Counted from the first letter of the stretch, positions 1 through 9,499 are shown. The stretch: DNA of 64,000 nt from a virus (IMGVR_UViG_3300025151_003852:64170-128169); one strand, 5' to 3'. Notes: generated by a model from the letters alone, not told the origin. Program-made: numbers and translations.

Positions 1-280
1 CTCCGTACTGACCGCCACCTTGATCATCTGGGCCGTCAGGGCCTAACGGTGCTGTTTGTCCAGCAAATGTTGAAAGTCTGCCAACCCATAACCAATTATT
101 ACGATTGTATGCATCTTTGTTAAGATTCTCTGACGGATAGACTGCAATACGACCTTGGTGAGTAGGATCGACTGTACTCATTACTGTACAGATAATAGGT
201 ACTTCGATGACAGAGGCTACACCCGCGCCAGGTTGACTCTTTTTTAATTTACCTCTGGGTTTAAAAACGTCAATAGCCAT
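1..280 (-). CDS. Baseplate hub/spike protein, gp5-like N-terminal OB-fold (partial, runs off window start)
   Basis: Manual translation from ATG at 280: MAIDVFKPRGKLKKSQPGAGVASVIEVPIICTVMSTVDPTHQGRIAVY...W.WV; the V..DP...GR..V pattern matches gp5/VgrG OB-folds. Start overlaps the upstream stop (TAATG). Not in ORF track. Confidence 0.65.
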   Translation of the reverse strand, partial: MAIDVFKPRGKLKKSQPGAGVASVIEVPIICTVMSTVDPTHQGRIAVYPSENLNKDAYNRNNWLWVGRLSTFAGQTAPLGPDGPDDQGGGQYG

Positions 281-2307
281 TATGTATCACCTGTTCCTTC
301 ATCATCTTGTTCAGTTCCCTGATCTTGTGCGCCTGCTTCATCTCCTGTTGTTTCTATAGGTTCAGGATCTGCGAATGTATTAATTGCACAAGATAATTCT
401 TGTGTAAATTTTCCTTCACTGAAGGTACTATCTATAGTTATGATTTTATAACTTACTCCTTTAATTTGTTCTTCTATTTCTGCAGGATATCTGAAAAATA
501 AAATAGAGTCATTGAGATCCATTACACCTGTTTCGCCATTGTAATCGATTGCTTCTTTAAAATCAATTTCAATAAAGACTTGACCGCCGTTTGCAGTAAC
601 TCTAAATCCATCGTCTCCGTAAAATCTTTGATAAACACTATCTACTCCTCCCCGATGTTCTTGTACTAGAAAATCAGGGTCTCCTAATATTTTAATTTTT
701 GCAGTAGCATAAGAATCAGGAGAATAAAGACTTGTTACATATTCATTCTGTGACGATCTGCCTCCGCCTACAGCATTGAGTGTGGGCATTGACGTATTTT
801 TGTTTGTTGCAACTGGAGTTTGTGCGGCTCCACCAGAGCCTCTACCTTTTTGATCGTTGTCTTCATTATTTAAATTTGCATTTCCCAATACTTCATTATA
901 AAATAAATTATCTAATTTCTGTGAGTATTCTAAAATCTCTCTGTTTTCTCCAGTCCACCAATATTCATATCTTTTATGGGGACCATAATAATCTTGTGCC
1001 GGGTTTGTAACACTCGTAGTAACAATAGGTGTTTCATATCTTTCTATTCTAAAAATAATTTGATATGCCCAATCAACTACAATACTATCCCATTTGGCTT
1101 TTTGAATAACCGGTGTTACTTTATACCACGCAACTTTTGTATCACTACCTGGATCTTCTTGTGGTTGTTCTCCTGTTGTTAAGTCAGGTGTAACCTGACT
1201 TTTATAAATGGCTTTTAACGCATCGTACATATAACCACTGCCTTTAAGAACTTCATCAAAGATTTCTATAAACGTAGTATCAGCATTAAATATTATTTTT
1301 CTATGTGCATCGTCTGGTACTGCTGTCGCGGCTTCAGCATCAGTTGCTTCCTGAGTATTGAGAGGGCCGCCGTCTGGGCCGCACCATTTGCTTTTGTCTG
1401 TATCTGTAGGCAAAATAAGTCTAGCATCTTTAATAGCATCTACACCATCTCCTATGTATTCTACTTTGTATACATTTGCAAATTCTGCTTCTTCTTGTTG
1501 AACTTTTTGTGCCTCTATATTATTAAGTTGTGTAAATAATCCATTATCTCCTTGCATGGCTTGATCAAACGTTTGCCCAGAGATTGTTTTTGTTGAATCT
1601 ATTCTACCTCTTTTTGTACCGAATGCTTTTCCAGGAGATAATGCTACACCTGATAGTGCATATCTTGTTGCACCGCCTTCGATTGAAAATTTAATACCCG
1701 TAATACTAATATCATAATATGTTTGAAAAATAGAGTTACCACTTGCATTTGGATCTAGTACGTCGCCTTCAAAATCTTGGTCACCGGTTATTAAATTACC
1801 ACTGTCATCATAGCCTAAAAATCTAACACCTATAATAAAAAACTGCCTACTTGGATTTTCAACTGAGCCATTACCTGAATACCCTGTTTCATTATAATAT
1901 GCTTGTAGTTGATCACTGGCTCTTTTTAATTTTGTGTTAAAAGAAAATCCATAAGGCTCTATGATATCAAACGAGACCGAATAAGTGTTAGTAGATGATT
2001 GAGTGGCTGCGCCATTGATTGCTTGTTTTAGTTTAAAATTATCTATATAATAATCTAAATCAAAACCAGGTGCCCTTTGAGATGCATCATTGTTGACTCC
2101 ACCTGATTGTGCAATTAAATAAGCACCACCTGTATTTTCTTCTCCTGATGCTTCTGCTAATGCATTAATTGATCTTCTGCCTGTTGCATTAAAAGCATCA
2201 TATGCATCTGGAGTAATCATATACAAACTTAATTGATATGTATACGAGGATAACGCTCCAAGCGGGTTTTTTAGTCTTCTGCCAGGTGCATCTGTTGGGC
2301 TAGTCAT
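280..2307 (-). CDS. Baseplate hub protein (gp27-like), 675 aa
   Basis: Sits between gp53-like and gp5-like genes; C-terminal 'I.GDP.F...G.Y.I..I.S.FS.GKFTQ.L' pattern of contractile-tail hub proteins. Confidence 0.55.
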   Translation of the reverse strand: MTSPTDAPGRRLKNPLGALSSYTYQLSLYMITPDAYDAFNATGRRSINALAEASGEENTGGAYLIAQSGGVNNDASQRAPGFDLDYYIDNFKLKQAINGAATQSSTNTYSVSFDIIEPYGFSFNTKLKRASDQLQAYYNETGYSGNGSVENPSRQFFIIGVRFLGYDDSGNLITGDQDFEGDVLDPNASGNSIFQTYYDISITGIKFSIEGGATRYALSGVALSPGKAFGTKRGRIDSTKTISGQTFDQAMQGDNGLFTQLNNIEAQKVQQEEAEFANVYKVEYIGDGVDAIKDARLILPTDTDKSKWCGPDGGPLNTQEATDAEAATAVPDDAHRKIIFNADTTFIEIFDEVLKGSGYMYDALKAIYKSQVTPDLTTGEQPQEDPGSDTKVAWYKVTPVIQKAKWDSIVVDWAYQIIFRIERYETPIVTTSVTNPAQDYYGPHKRYEYWWTGENREILEYSQKLDNLFYNEVLGNANLNNEDNDQKGRGSGGAAQTPVATNKNTSMPTLNAVGGGRSSQNEYVTSLYSPDSYATAKIKILGDPDFLVQEHRGGVDSVYQRFYGDDGFRVTANGGQVFIEIDFKEAIDYNGETGVMDLNDSILFFRYPAEIEEQIKGVSYKIITIDSTFSEGKFTQELSCAINTFADPEPIETTGDEAGAQDQGTEQDDEGTGDT

Positions 2308-2624
2308 TAAATGCTCAGTACTCTTTTAAGAGTATCCATAGTAGGAACATATATTTCTGCTCCTGAAGTAAAATTAAAATATGGATCAGGACCTAATAGA
2401 TTAGGGTTACGTGCCGCAAATACCCACCACAAACGTGAGTCATTGTATAAATGTTGTGCTAACATATCAGGTCTAAATTCATACTGCGGAGTAATAGTAA
2501 AGGATGCATCTGATTTGTATCTAGGTATTTTTGGAAAATTATCTAGTATACCTAAATATTTGCCATCAACAATTTTTGTTCTGTTATATGGACTTGCTGG
2601 CGGATATATATTATTCTGAGCCAT
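2307..2624 (-). CDS. Baseplate wedge protein (gp53/LysM-like)
   Basis: RPDMLAQHLYNDSRLWWVFAARN motif typical of gp53-like proteins; ATG at 2624 overlaps upstream stop. Confidence 0.75.
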   Translation of the reverse strand: MAQNNIYPPASPYNRTKIVDGKYLGILDNFPKIPRYKSDASFTITPQYEFRPDMLAQHLYNDSRLWWVFAARNPNLLGPDPYFNFTSGAEIYVPTMDTLKRVLSI

Positions 2625-3397
2625 TACCAAATTCCTGGTTTATCATTTTGTGATCCGCGTAGTAATTTTCCTGTTGCATATTCTTTAACACTAAAGTCAT
2701 TACTAATTGTATTTCTACTGACAACAGGTACGCATGTAAGTGTTATTGTAATTTTTGTAGGGACATATGTAATTGCTTGATCTGCTGTATCTGAGAACGT
2801 TGCTGGTGGCCTATTGCCGCCCGGTGTTAATTGTCCACCTATCAAATTAAATTGAGAAGTTGATGGATCATCTGCATCTGTATTGGTTGCTCTAATGTAG
2901 TCAACGTTGTTAGGTAGATTATAAGCAAAGTTTGTAACAACAACAGGATGTGTATCTAACTGGAATGCTCCCAAACCATAAAAGAAGCCTAATGGGGGAG
3001 GAGTTCCGTTTGTTGGGTTTTCATCTTGTCCATAAAACATTTTAGTCATTGACTTAAAAAAATGTATTGATGCTAACAAGTAATTTGCTTCAAATGTATC
3101 TTGTGCTGTGAAGTCCGCAGTTATTGTTACTTGCTCTACAGCACTATTCATATACTGCTGAATTCTAAAATTTGTATGAGTTGGCAATACACCATCATAG
3201 TTTGCTACATAAGAAGTATTAATTGTAGGAGTATATGGAAAAACAACTCCATCTGTTTTTGCTAGAGGAGCCATAATACCAGGTGAGTCTGCTCTGTACA
3301 AGTAATTAGCCGTAGGTGCTAACGACAGACGTACTCTCCAATCGGACAGTCTAATATCTGCGGCTGATTCGGTTTGCGAGTCTACTGGATCAGGCAT
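2624..3397 (-). CDS. Baseplate tail-tube initiator (gp48/gp54-like)
   Basis: FPYTP, 'G.PPP' and 'VP....I.L...P' tube-fold motifs; synteny with gp53-like gene. Confidence 0.5.
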   Translation of the reverse strand: MPDPVDSQTESAADIRLSDWRVRLSLAPTANYLYRADSPGIMAPLAKTDGVVFPYTPTINTSYVANYDGVLPTHTNFRIQQYMNSAVEQVTITADFTAQDTFEANYLLASIHFFKSMTKMFYGQDENPTNGTPPPLGFFYGLGAFQLDTHPVVVTNFAYNLPNNVDYIRATNTDADDPSTSQFNLIGGQLTPGGNRPPATFSDTADQAITYVPTKITITLTCVPVVSRNTISNDFSVKEYATGKLLRGSQNDKPGIW

Positions 3398-3460
3398 TTC
3401 ATTTTCTCCAAATATTTCCCAAGACTTACCTATTTGTATAAATAGTAGTCTTACATGATA

Positions 3461-3468
3461 TATTTATC
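3461..3468 (-). promoter_or_regulatory. Late promoter (GATAAATA) for baseplate operon
   Basis: T4-like TAAATA core upstream of the 3397 start; a plus-strand TATAAATA lies at 3437-3444. Confidence 0.55.
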
Positions 3469-3502
3469 TATTACAAAAACCACTAAATTTTACCCGTTCG
3501 AC

Positions 3503-3531
3503 TTGCATTTGAATAGCAAGTCTTATAGAAT
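3503..3531 (+). promoter_or_regulatory. Sigma70-type promoter for late sigma gene
   Basis: TTGCAT-N17-TAGAAT. Confidence 0.55.
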
Positions 3532-3581
3532 AGATATATCGACTCCACACTTGTCGAAATAATCAAACTAGAGGAATATTA

Positions 3582-4535
3582 ATGCCAGCACCGAGAAAAA
3601 CAACAAATTATCTTAATAACAAAGACATTCTTAAAGAAATCCACAAAAGCAAAACATCTTATTGCTACTACACTAAAAAAGACTACCATCAATATGATCT
3701 AATTACAGATTTGGATCTTGCAAATGATGGTCAAGCAGGCATTGAAAAGAGTCTGACATGGGCACTTAAGCCAGAACAGATTCAACAAGCAAAAGAAAAC
3801 AAAGCCGCACGTTTATCAGCAGAGCAAGGCTTGACTGGAAAGAACAAAATTGATCCAGCAACGATTGAAACAGATGGATTAATCTTTAGAGTTATGACTT
3901 GGGACCATATTCCTGTTGCACAAAAGCAACCTAGAAAAGTTGCTAAGAAAAAGAAAGCGGCAGACATTATTGACTTTGAAGATGATTTGAGTGCAAACCA
4001 AGATTTGTTTGCAGATATAGAAGACAAGAAAACAAAGAAAGAAGTTGAAGACTTAGTTCATGTAAAAGTTAACTTCCCTCCTTTTCAGCATTTTAGATTA
4101 GATGCTGAAACAATGTCTACCCATTTAGTTGGCAAGTCACATTGGAAGGGTGGTCTTAAGACTGGTAAGTTTACTGCAACTGACGGTAATCTTACAGACA
4201 AGTTAGCACGTATGTACATTATGTTATGTGAAAAGTATGCTATGAAGTTTAACTGGCGTGGCTATACTTACAATGACGAAATGAGACAAAGTGCTATTCT
4301 TCAATTGACTTATGTGGGCTTAAGATTTAATGAAGCCAAGTCAGCAAATCCATTCGCATATTACACTGCGGCAATTACAAATAGTTTCTGTAGAGTTCTT
4401 AACTCTGAAAAACGTAACCAAAATATCAGAGACGATATTTTAGAAATGAATGGGTTGAATCCTTCATTCACTAGACAGATGAAAGATTACAACGGTTTAG
4501 GTTACGAAAAGAAAGCAGAAGCATATTCTGAGTAA
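3582..4535 (+). CDS. Late transcription sigma factor (gp55-like)
   Basis: N-terminal YLNNKDILKEI and C-terminal NWRGYTYNDEM...NPFAYYT.AI.NSF.R motifs; precedes gp47/gp46 as in T4. Confidence 0.85.
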   Translation: MPAPRKTTNYLNNKDILKEIHKSKTSYCYYTKKDYHQYDLITDLDLANDGQAGIEKSLTWALKPEQIQQAKENKAARLSAEQGLTGKNKIDPATIETDGLIFRVMTWDHIPVAQKQPRKVAKKKKAADIIDFEDDLSANQDLFADIEDKKTKKEVEDLVHVKVNFPPFQHFRLDAETMSTHLVGKSHWKGGLKTGKFTATDGNLTDKLARMYIMLCEKYAMKFNWRGYTYNDEMRQSAILQLTYVGLRFNEAKSANPFAYYTAAITNSFCRVLNSEKRNQNIRDDILEMNGLNPSFTRQMKDYNGLGYEKKAEAYSE

Positions 4536-4566
4536 CATTTTCGGGCAAACAAGGCATCCAAATGTC

Positions 4567-4595
4567 TTGCTTTGCCTACCTTTATCATGTATACT
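4567..4595 (+). promoter_or_regulatory. Sigma70-type promoter for gp47/gp46 operon
   Basis: TTGCTT-N17-TATACT. Confidence 0.55.
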
Positions 4596-4622
4596 AGTTA
4601 TTGAATACTGGGAAAACTAATT

Positions 4623-5639
4623 ATGTCAAATCTTTTTAAAAAGGCAGCCGTATTCACAGACATACACTTCGGTTTAAAGAGCAATAGCATACAACATAAC
4701 CGAGACTGTAGTGATTTTGTGGATTGGTTTATTGAGAAATCAAAAGAAGAAGGCTGTGAAACATGTTTGTTCTTAGGTGATTGGAATCATCACAGAGCAA
4801 GTATTAACATGCATACCTTACAGTTTGGACTTAATGCGTTAGAAAAACTAAATGATGCATTTGAGAAAGTCTATTTCATAACAGGTAACCACGATCTCTA
4901 TTATAGAGACAAACGTGACATTCATTCAGTCGAGTGGGCTAAACATCTTAAAAACGTAGTCATTGTCGATCACTTTATCGAAGAAGGTAACTGTGTGATT
5001 GCTCCATGGTTGTGTGGTGATGATTATAAACTTCTTAAAAAGAAAAAAGGTAAGTATTTGTTTGCTCATTTAGAGTTACCGCACTTTTATATGAATGCTA
5101 TGATAGAAATGCCTGATCACGGTGAGACTAATGCTGACCATTTATCTCATTTTGAAAAAGTATTTTCTGGGCATTTCCATAAACGTCAAGCAAGAAAAAA
5201 TATTTGGTATATGGGTAATGCTTTCCCACACAACTATGCAGATGCAGGTGATGATGCTAGAGGCATGATGGTACTAGAATGGGATAAAGAACCTGAGTTT
5301 CATTCATGGCCAAATCAACCTGTATATAGAGTATACAAACTAAGTGAAGTATTAGATAACCCAGAAGGGTTGTTAATTAAGAATGCTCATGTTAGAGTAC
5401 ATTTAGACATCGATATATCTTATGAAGAATCGAACTTTATAAGAGAACAATTGATACCACAATATGATTTAAGAGAAATGTCATTGATTCCTGTTAAGTC
5501 TGATGAACATGCACAAGACTTAGCACCTGGTGAGATATCATTTGAAAGTGTGGATTCAATTATTATCGAACAAATTAAAAACATAGAATCTGATTTCTAT
5601 GACAAAGGTGTATTACTGGAGATTTATCAGTCTATATGA
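4623..5639 (+). CDS. Recombination endonuclease subunit, Mre11/SbcD-like (gp47)
   Basis: Metallophosphoesterase motifs TDIHFG, FLGDW, GNHD, SGHFH. Confidence 0.92.
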   Translation: MSNLFKKAAVFTDIHFGLKSNSIQHNRDCSDFVDWFIEKSKEEGCETCLFLGDWNHHRASINMHTLQFGLNALEKLNDAFEKVYFITGNHDLYYRDKRDIHSVEWAKHLKNVVIVDHFIEEGNCVIAPWLCGDDYKLLKKKKGKYLFAHLELPHFYMNAMIEMPDHGETNADHLSHFEKVFSGHFHKRQARKNIWYMGNAFPHNYADAGDDARGMMVLEWDKEPEFHSWPNQPVYRVYKLSEVLDNPEGLLIKNAHVRVHLDIDISYEESNFIREQLIPQYDLREMSLIPVKSDEHAQDLAPGEISFESVDSIIIEQIKNIESDFYDKGVLLEIYQSI

Positions 5640-7402
5640 TCAATTTAAAACATGTAACTCTCAGAAACTTTTTAAGTGTAGGATCAGTTACACAAGCAAT
5701 TGACTTGCAAAATGAGGAACTAACCCTCATCTTAGGTGATAACTTAGATTTAGGTGGAGACGGTGCTAGAAATGGTACTGGTAAGACTACTATTATACAA
5801 GCAATCAGTTATGCATTGTATGGTGTTCCACTTAACAATATCAAACAAAACAATTTAATCAATAGAACTAACGGCAAAGGCATGATGGTGACATTAGACT
5901 TTGAAGCCAATGGCGTTGAGTATCGTATTGAACGTGGACGTAAGCCTCATGGCATGAAGTTCTTTATCAACGGTGTAGATGAAGAAGACAACGAAGCACA
6001 GGGCGAAAATAAAGAGACACAACAAGTTATCGAAGACATCGTAGGCATGTCTTCAGTGATGTTTAGAAACATCGTTGCACTTAATACATACAGTCAACCA
6101 TTCTTAAGCATGACACAGGGACAACAACGTGATATCATCGAACAGTTGTTGGGTATAACTCTGTTATCAGAAAAAGCAGAGAAGATTAAAATCATTATAA
6201 AAAATAACAAAGAAGAAATTCAACAAGAAGAATTTAAAGTCCAAGCAATAGAAGAAGCAAACAAAAGAATTGAAGAACAAATAGATAGTCTTAGAAAGAG
6301 AGAAAGACTATGGACAGCAAAGACTAATGAAGATATTGGCACGTTAAAAGATAAGATTGAAACACTAGAAAAAGTGGATATCGATGCCGAATTACTTGGA
6401 CATAAACAACTTGCTGTCTATAATGCTTTAGTTAAGGATCATGCAGATATCGACAAATTAATGTTAAGAACTCAAAACGATATTGATAGAGAAACTAAGT
6501 CAATAACCAAGTTTGAAAAAGAATTAGATATACTAAAACAAAATAAATGTCACACATGTGGACAAGATATATGCGATGATACGCATATTAGAATCATGGG
6601 AGACAAAGAAGAAAGTTTATCAGAGGCTACTAAACATGCCGAAGAACTAGCAGAAGTTTATGTAGAATTAGAAAAAGAGAAACATTCATTGTTTGAGATA
6701 GGAGAGAAACCAGAGACTTATTATAGTTCTGAAGAAGAGGCTATCGAACATAAGAATAAAATCAAAGACTTGTCAGCACAAGTTAAACGCAAAGAGCAAG
6801 AAGAAAATCCATACACAGATCAAATATCTGAAATGGAGTCTAGTGCATTACAAGAAGCAAACTTTGATAAAGTAAACGAATTATCACGTATAGGAGATCA
6901 TCAGAAGTTCTTGTTAGACCTATTAACAAGCAAAGATTCATTTGTACGTAAAAAGATTATTGATCAAAACTTATCTTACTTAAATTCACGTTTAACAAAC
7001 TACTTAGACAAGATGGGTCTACCTCATCAAGTAGTATTCCAAAATGATTTGTCTGTAGAAATTACAGAATTGGGCAGAGAGTTAGACTTTGACAATTTAA
7101 GTAGAGGAGAACGTAACAGATTAATCTTAGGATTATCATTTGCGTTCAGAGATGTTTGGGAGAACTTGTACTTCCCAATCAATACATTGTTTATTGACGA
7201 GTTGATTGACTCAGGACTTGACACTATAGGTGTTGAGAATGCTATGGCTATTCTTAAAGACATGACACGTAGACGTAACAAATCTGTTTGGTTAGTGTCA
7301 CACAGAGAAGAATTAGCAGGCAGAGTTGCTAGTGTGTTACAAGTTATTAAAGAGAACGGATTCACTACATACAATTCGACTAGGGAGTTGGAGCAGTTGT
7401 GA
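5636..7402 (+). CDS. Recombination ATPase subunit, Rad50/SbcC-like (gp46)
   Basis: Walker A NGTGKTT, coiled coil with CHTC zinc hook, LSRGE signature, LFIDE Walker B, VSH. Confidence 0.92.
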   Translation: MINLKHVTLRNFLSVGSVTQAIDLQNEELTLILGDNLDLGGDGARNGTGKTTIIQAISYALYGVPLNNIKQNNLINRTNGKGMMVTLDFEANGVEYRIERGRKPHGMKFFINGVDEEDNEAQGENKETQQVIEDIVGMSSVMFRNIVALNTYSQPFLSMTQGQQRDIIEQLLGITLLSEKAEKIKIIIKNNKEEIQQEEFKVQAIEEANKRIEEQIDSLRKRERLWTAKTNEDIGTLKDKIETLEKVDIDAELLGHKQLAVYNALVKDHADIDKLMLRTQNDIDRETKSITKFEKELDILKQNKCHTCGQDICDDTHIRIMGDKEESLSEATKHAEELAEVYVELEKEKHSLFEIGEKPETYYSSEEEAIEHKNKIKDLSAQVKRKEQEENPYTDQISEMESSALQEANFDKVNELSRIGDHQKFLLDLLTSKDSFVRKKIIDQNLSYLNSRLTNYLDKMGLPHQVVFQNDLSVEITELGRELDFDNLSRGERNRLILGLSFAFRDVWENLYFPINTLFIDELIDSGLDTIGVENAMAILKDMTRRRNKSVWLVSHREELAGRVASVLQVIKENGFTTYNSTRELEQL

Positions 7403-8415
7403 GTCTAGCCTTGTGGCACTGGCATATTGAAGTAAGCAGTAAGTGTACTTTAAAGTGCCCACGATGTCCTAGACAAGAAGTTCCTGATACATTAGTCAGT
7501 ACTGAACTCAAACTAGATTTTTTTAAACAAAACTTCCCTGCGTTCTTTATATTAGAACACGTAGAGAAACTAACGTTCTGTGGTGACGATGGCGATCCTA
7601 TCTATGCACATGACTTCTTAGAAGTCATCCAGTATTTCAAATCAATTAAGCCTAGTATAGCAATCATTATCGTCACTAACGGATCATATAAAAATGAAGA
7701 CTGGTGGGCAAGACTAGCAGAAATGCTTGATGAGCAAGATCAGATTCACTTCAGTATCGACGGCTGGGACCATGAGAGTAATAATCTCTATCGAATCAAT
7801 TCTAATTGGTCTAGTATCATTACAGGCGTCTCTATCATCAATGATAAGTCTAATTGTTATACCGTATGGGACGCAATAGGCTTTAAGTTTAACGAAGATA
7901 AGATTGGCGACATGCAGAATTATGCTAGAGACTTAGGTTTTGATGCATTTCAATTAACACGTAGCACTAAGTTCGGTAAGATATACGAAGATTCTTATGG
8001 GAAAGAAGATGCTTTACAACCACGTGATGATCTGTTATCATCTAGTCATAGATTTGAAAGAGAAGTCTTTAAGTTTACAGATAAAACAATTAAAGAACCT
8101 TGGATGAAGACAAACATTAAGTTGTATGATGAATCTAAGTTAGTAGGAAATGAACGACCTCTATGTCATATCGGCAATAAAGGTAGTTACATTAATGCTA
8201 GGGGCGAATTTTACCCCTGTTGTTGGGTTGCTACAAGATATGGACACAACAATAAATGGAATGAAATTGGCAAGAAATATAATCTACATGAATTGAGGTT
8301 ACCCAAAATTGTAAAAGATAAATTCTGGGAAGCCGACTTTATACATGACTCTTACGAGTGCCAAACAAAATGTGCCCATCATAGGGTAGATAAAAATTAT
8401 GCCACCGAGTGGTAA
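7399..8415 (+). CDS. Radical SAM protein with SPASM/twitch-like C-terminus
   Basis: CTLKCPRC (CxxxCxxC), G..GDP, TNGS, FSIDG, C-terminal C...G..YPCC...C...C; GTG start. Confidence 0.88.
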   Translation: MSLALWHWHIEVSSKCTLKCPRCPRQEVPDTLVSTELKLDFFKQNFPAFFILEHVEKLTFCGDDGDPIYAHDFLEVIQYFKSIKPSIAIIIVTNGSYKNEDWWARLAEMLDEQDQIHFSIDGWDHESNNLYRINSNWSSIITGVSIINDKSNCYTVWDAIGFKFNEDKIGDMQNYARDLGFDAFQLTRSTKFGKIYEDSYGKEDALQPRDDLLSSSHRFEREVFKFTDKTIKEPWMKTNIKLYDESKLVGNERPLCHIGNKGSYINARGEFYPCCWVATRYGHNNKWNEIGKKYNLHELRLPKIVKDKFWEADFIHDSYECQTKCAHHRVDKNYATEW

Positions 8416-8432
8416 GGAGATAACTATATATA

Positions 8433-9020
8433 ATGCCATCACCATCTAAGAACAAAGGATCAGGATTTGAACGAGAAGTTGCAAAATTTCTCAGTGAGAC
8501 TTATGAAGAAAGTTTCATACGTGCTCCTGGCTCTGGTGCTTATGTAGGTGGCAAAAATCAAAATCGTACAGAGATTTTGCATGAAGGACAAATCAGAAGT
8601 TTCAAAGGCGACATTGTTCCCGGAGAAAGTTTTCACAAGTTAAATGTAGAATGTAAGTTCTACGCAGATTTCCCTTTTCATCAACTTCTTTCTGGTTCAT
8701 GCAGACAACTAGAAGAATGGCTCGACCAATTAATGGACGTGCATGATGAAGGGGATTTTGACGTTCTCTTTATGAAGTTTAATCGTAAAGGACGTTTTGT
8801 ATGTGTACCAAGTAAATACACATTCGTAAGTGATCAATTCATATATTACACATCAGACAATCATGGTGACTGGGTAATATTTGGATGGGATCACTTTTTT
8901 AAATTCAATAAAGATATATTCAAAGCATACGCAGGCGACACAGAGACCAACTCAGAACCCACCGATGACACCAAGTCAGAACTAAAACTAAACACAACAA
9001 CAACTACAGTAGACTTTTAA
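8433..9020 (+). CDS. Holliday junction resolvase (PD-(D/E)xK family)
   Basis: SKNKGSGFEREVA...GDI...VECK motifs. Confidence 0.75.
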   Translation: MPSPSKNKGSGFEREVAKFLSETYEESFIRAPGSGAYVGGKNQNRTEILHEGQIRSFKGDIVPGESFHKLNVECKFYADFPFHQLLSGSCRQLEEWLDQLMDVHDEGDFDVLFMKFNRKGRFVCVPSKYTFVSDQFIYYTSDNHGDWVIFGWDHFFKFNKDIFKAYAGDTETNSEPTDDTKSELKLNTTTTTVDF

Positions 9021-9030
9021 AATTTAGTAT

Positions 9031-9370
9031 GGTCGTAATTTGTACTCGACCCTCCTCGAGGATGCAGTAACCCTGCTGACGGATTTGGAGTAGTGTGTTA
9101 TACACAATAAACCGACAGGGCAATTGTTATGGTAGCAAACCCTGAATGAGTTCATATCTACTTTGATTTGATGATATGAAACATGCGTTGCTGAGAGGTC
9201 ATGCTCATTAGTATGATTGGCTCAACTACAGCCCAGTAAACATTACAGAGCAACCGGTTGCAATTGATTATAGTAACGTAATCGATTGGGGATAATCAAC
9301 ATGGATGACAGGCGGTAAAGAGGCTTGAATTTTTCGTGGTAGTGCTGAGTAGCACTACCATGGCTTCAAA
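9031..9370 (+). ncRNA. Putative large structured non-coding RNA, family unassigned
   Basis: No ORF >=60 aa. Near-continuous stems: 9031-35/9047-51, 9064-67/9073-76, 9093-97/9101-05, 9116-20/9140-44 enclosing 9124-29/9133-38, 9151-58/9173-80, 9187-92/9249-54 enclosing 9197-9205/9210-18, 9261-70/9279-88, 9336-46/9351-61; G-U wobbles favour plus strand. Confidence 0.6.
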
Positions 9371-9431
9371 ACGGTAATAAGACTTTAAACAATAACCATT
9401 AAGAACTTTTACTTTATCCTTTTAAATAAGA

Positions 9432-9462
9432 AATTACGAATGAACGAAGTGAATGAGTAATT
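9432..9462 (+). other. Tandem-GA / GAA-loop hairpin (ssDNA-type)
   Basis: AATTAC-GA-AT-GA-AC-GAA-GT-GA-AT-GA-GTAATT. Confidence 0.55.
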
Positions 9463-9481
9463 GGGTCTTCTTTGAAGACCC
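9463..9481. terminator. Hairpin between convergent transcription units
   Basis: GGGTCTTC-TTT-GAAGACCC; no long U-tract, so function is uncertain. Confidence 0.4.
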
Positions 9482-9499
9482 TTAAGAATGCTCTAGTGT

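Noticed and set aside
9031-9481. Identification of the structured region as tmRNA, RNase P RNA, a group I/II intron or retron msr-msd
   Set aside because: No tRNA-like ends or CCA, no RNase P GAGGAAAGUCC element, no interrupted gene around it, no RT in the window; retron-like use in trans cannot be excluded
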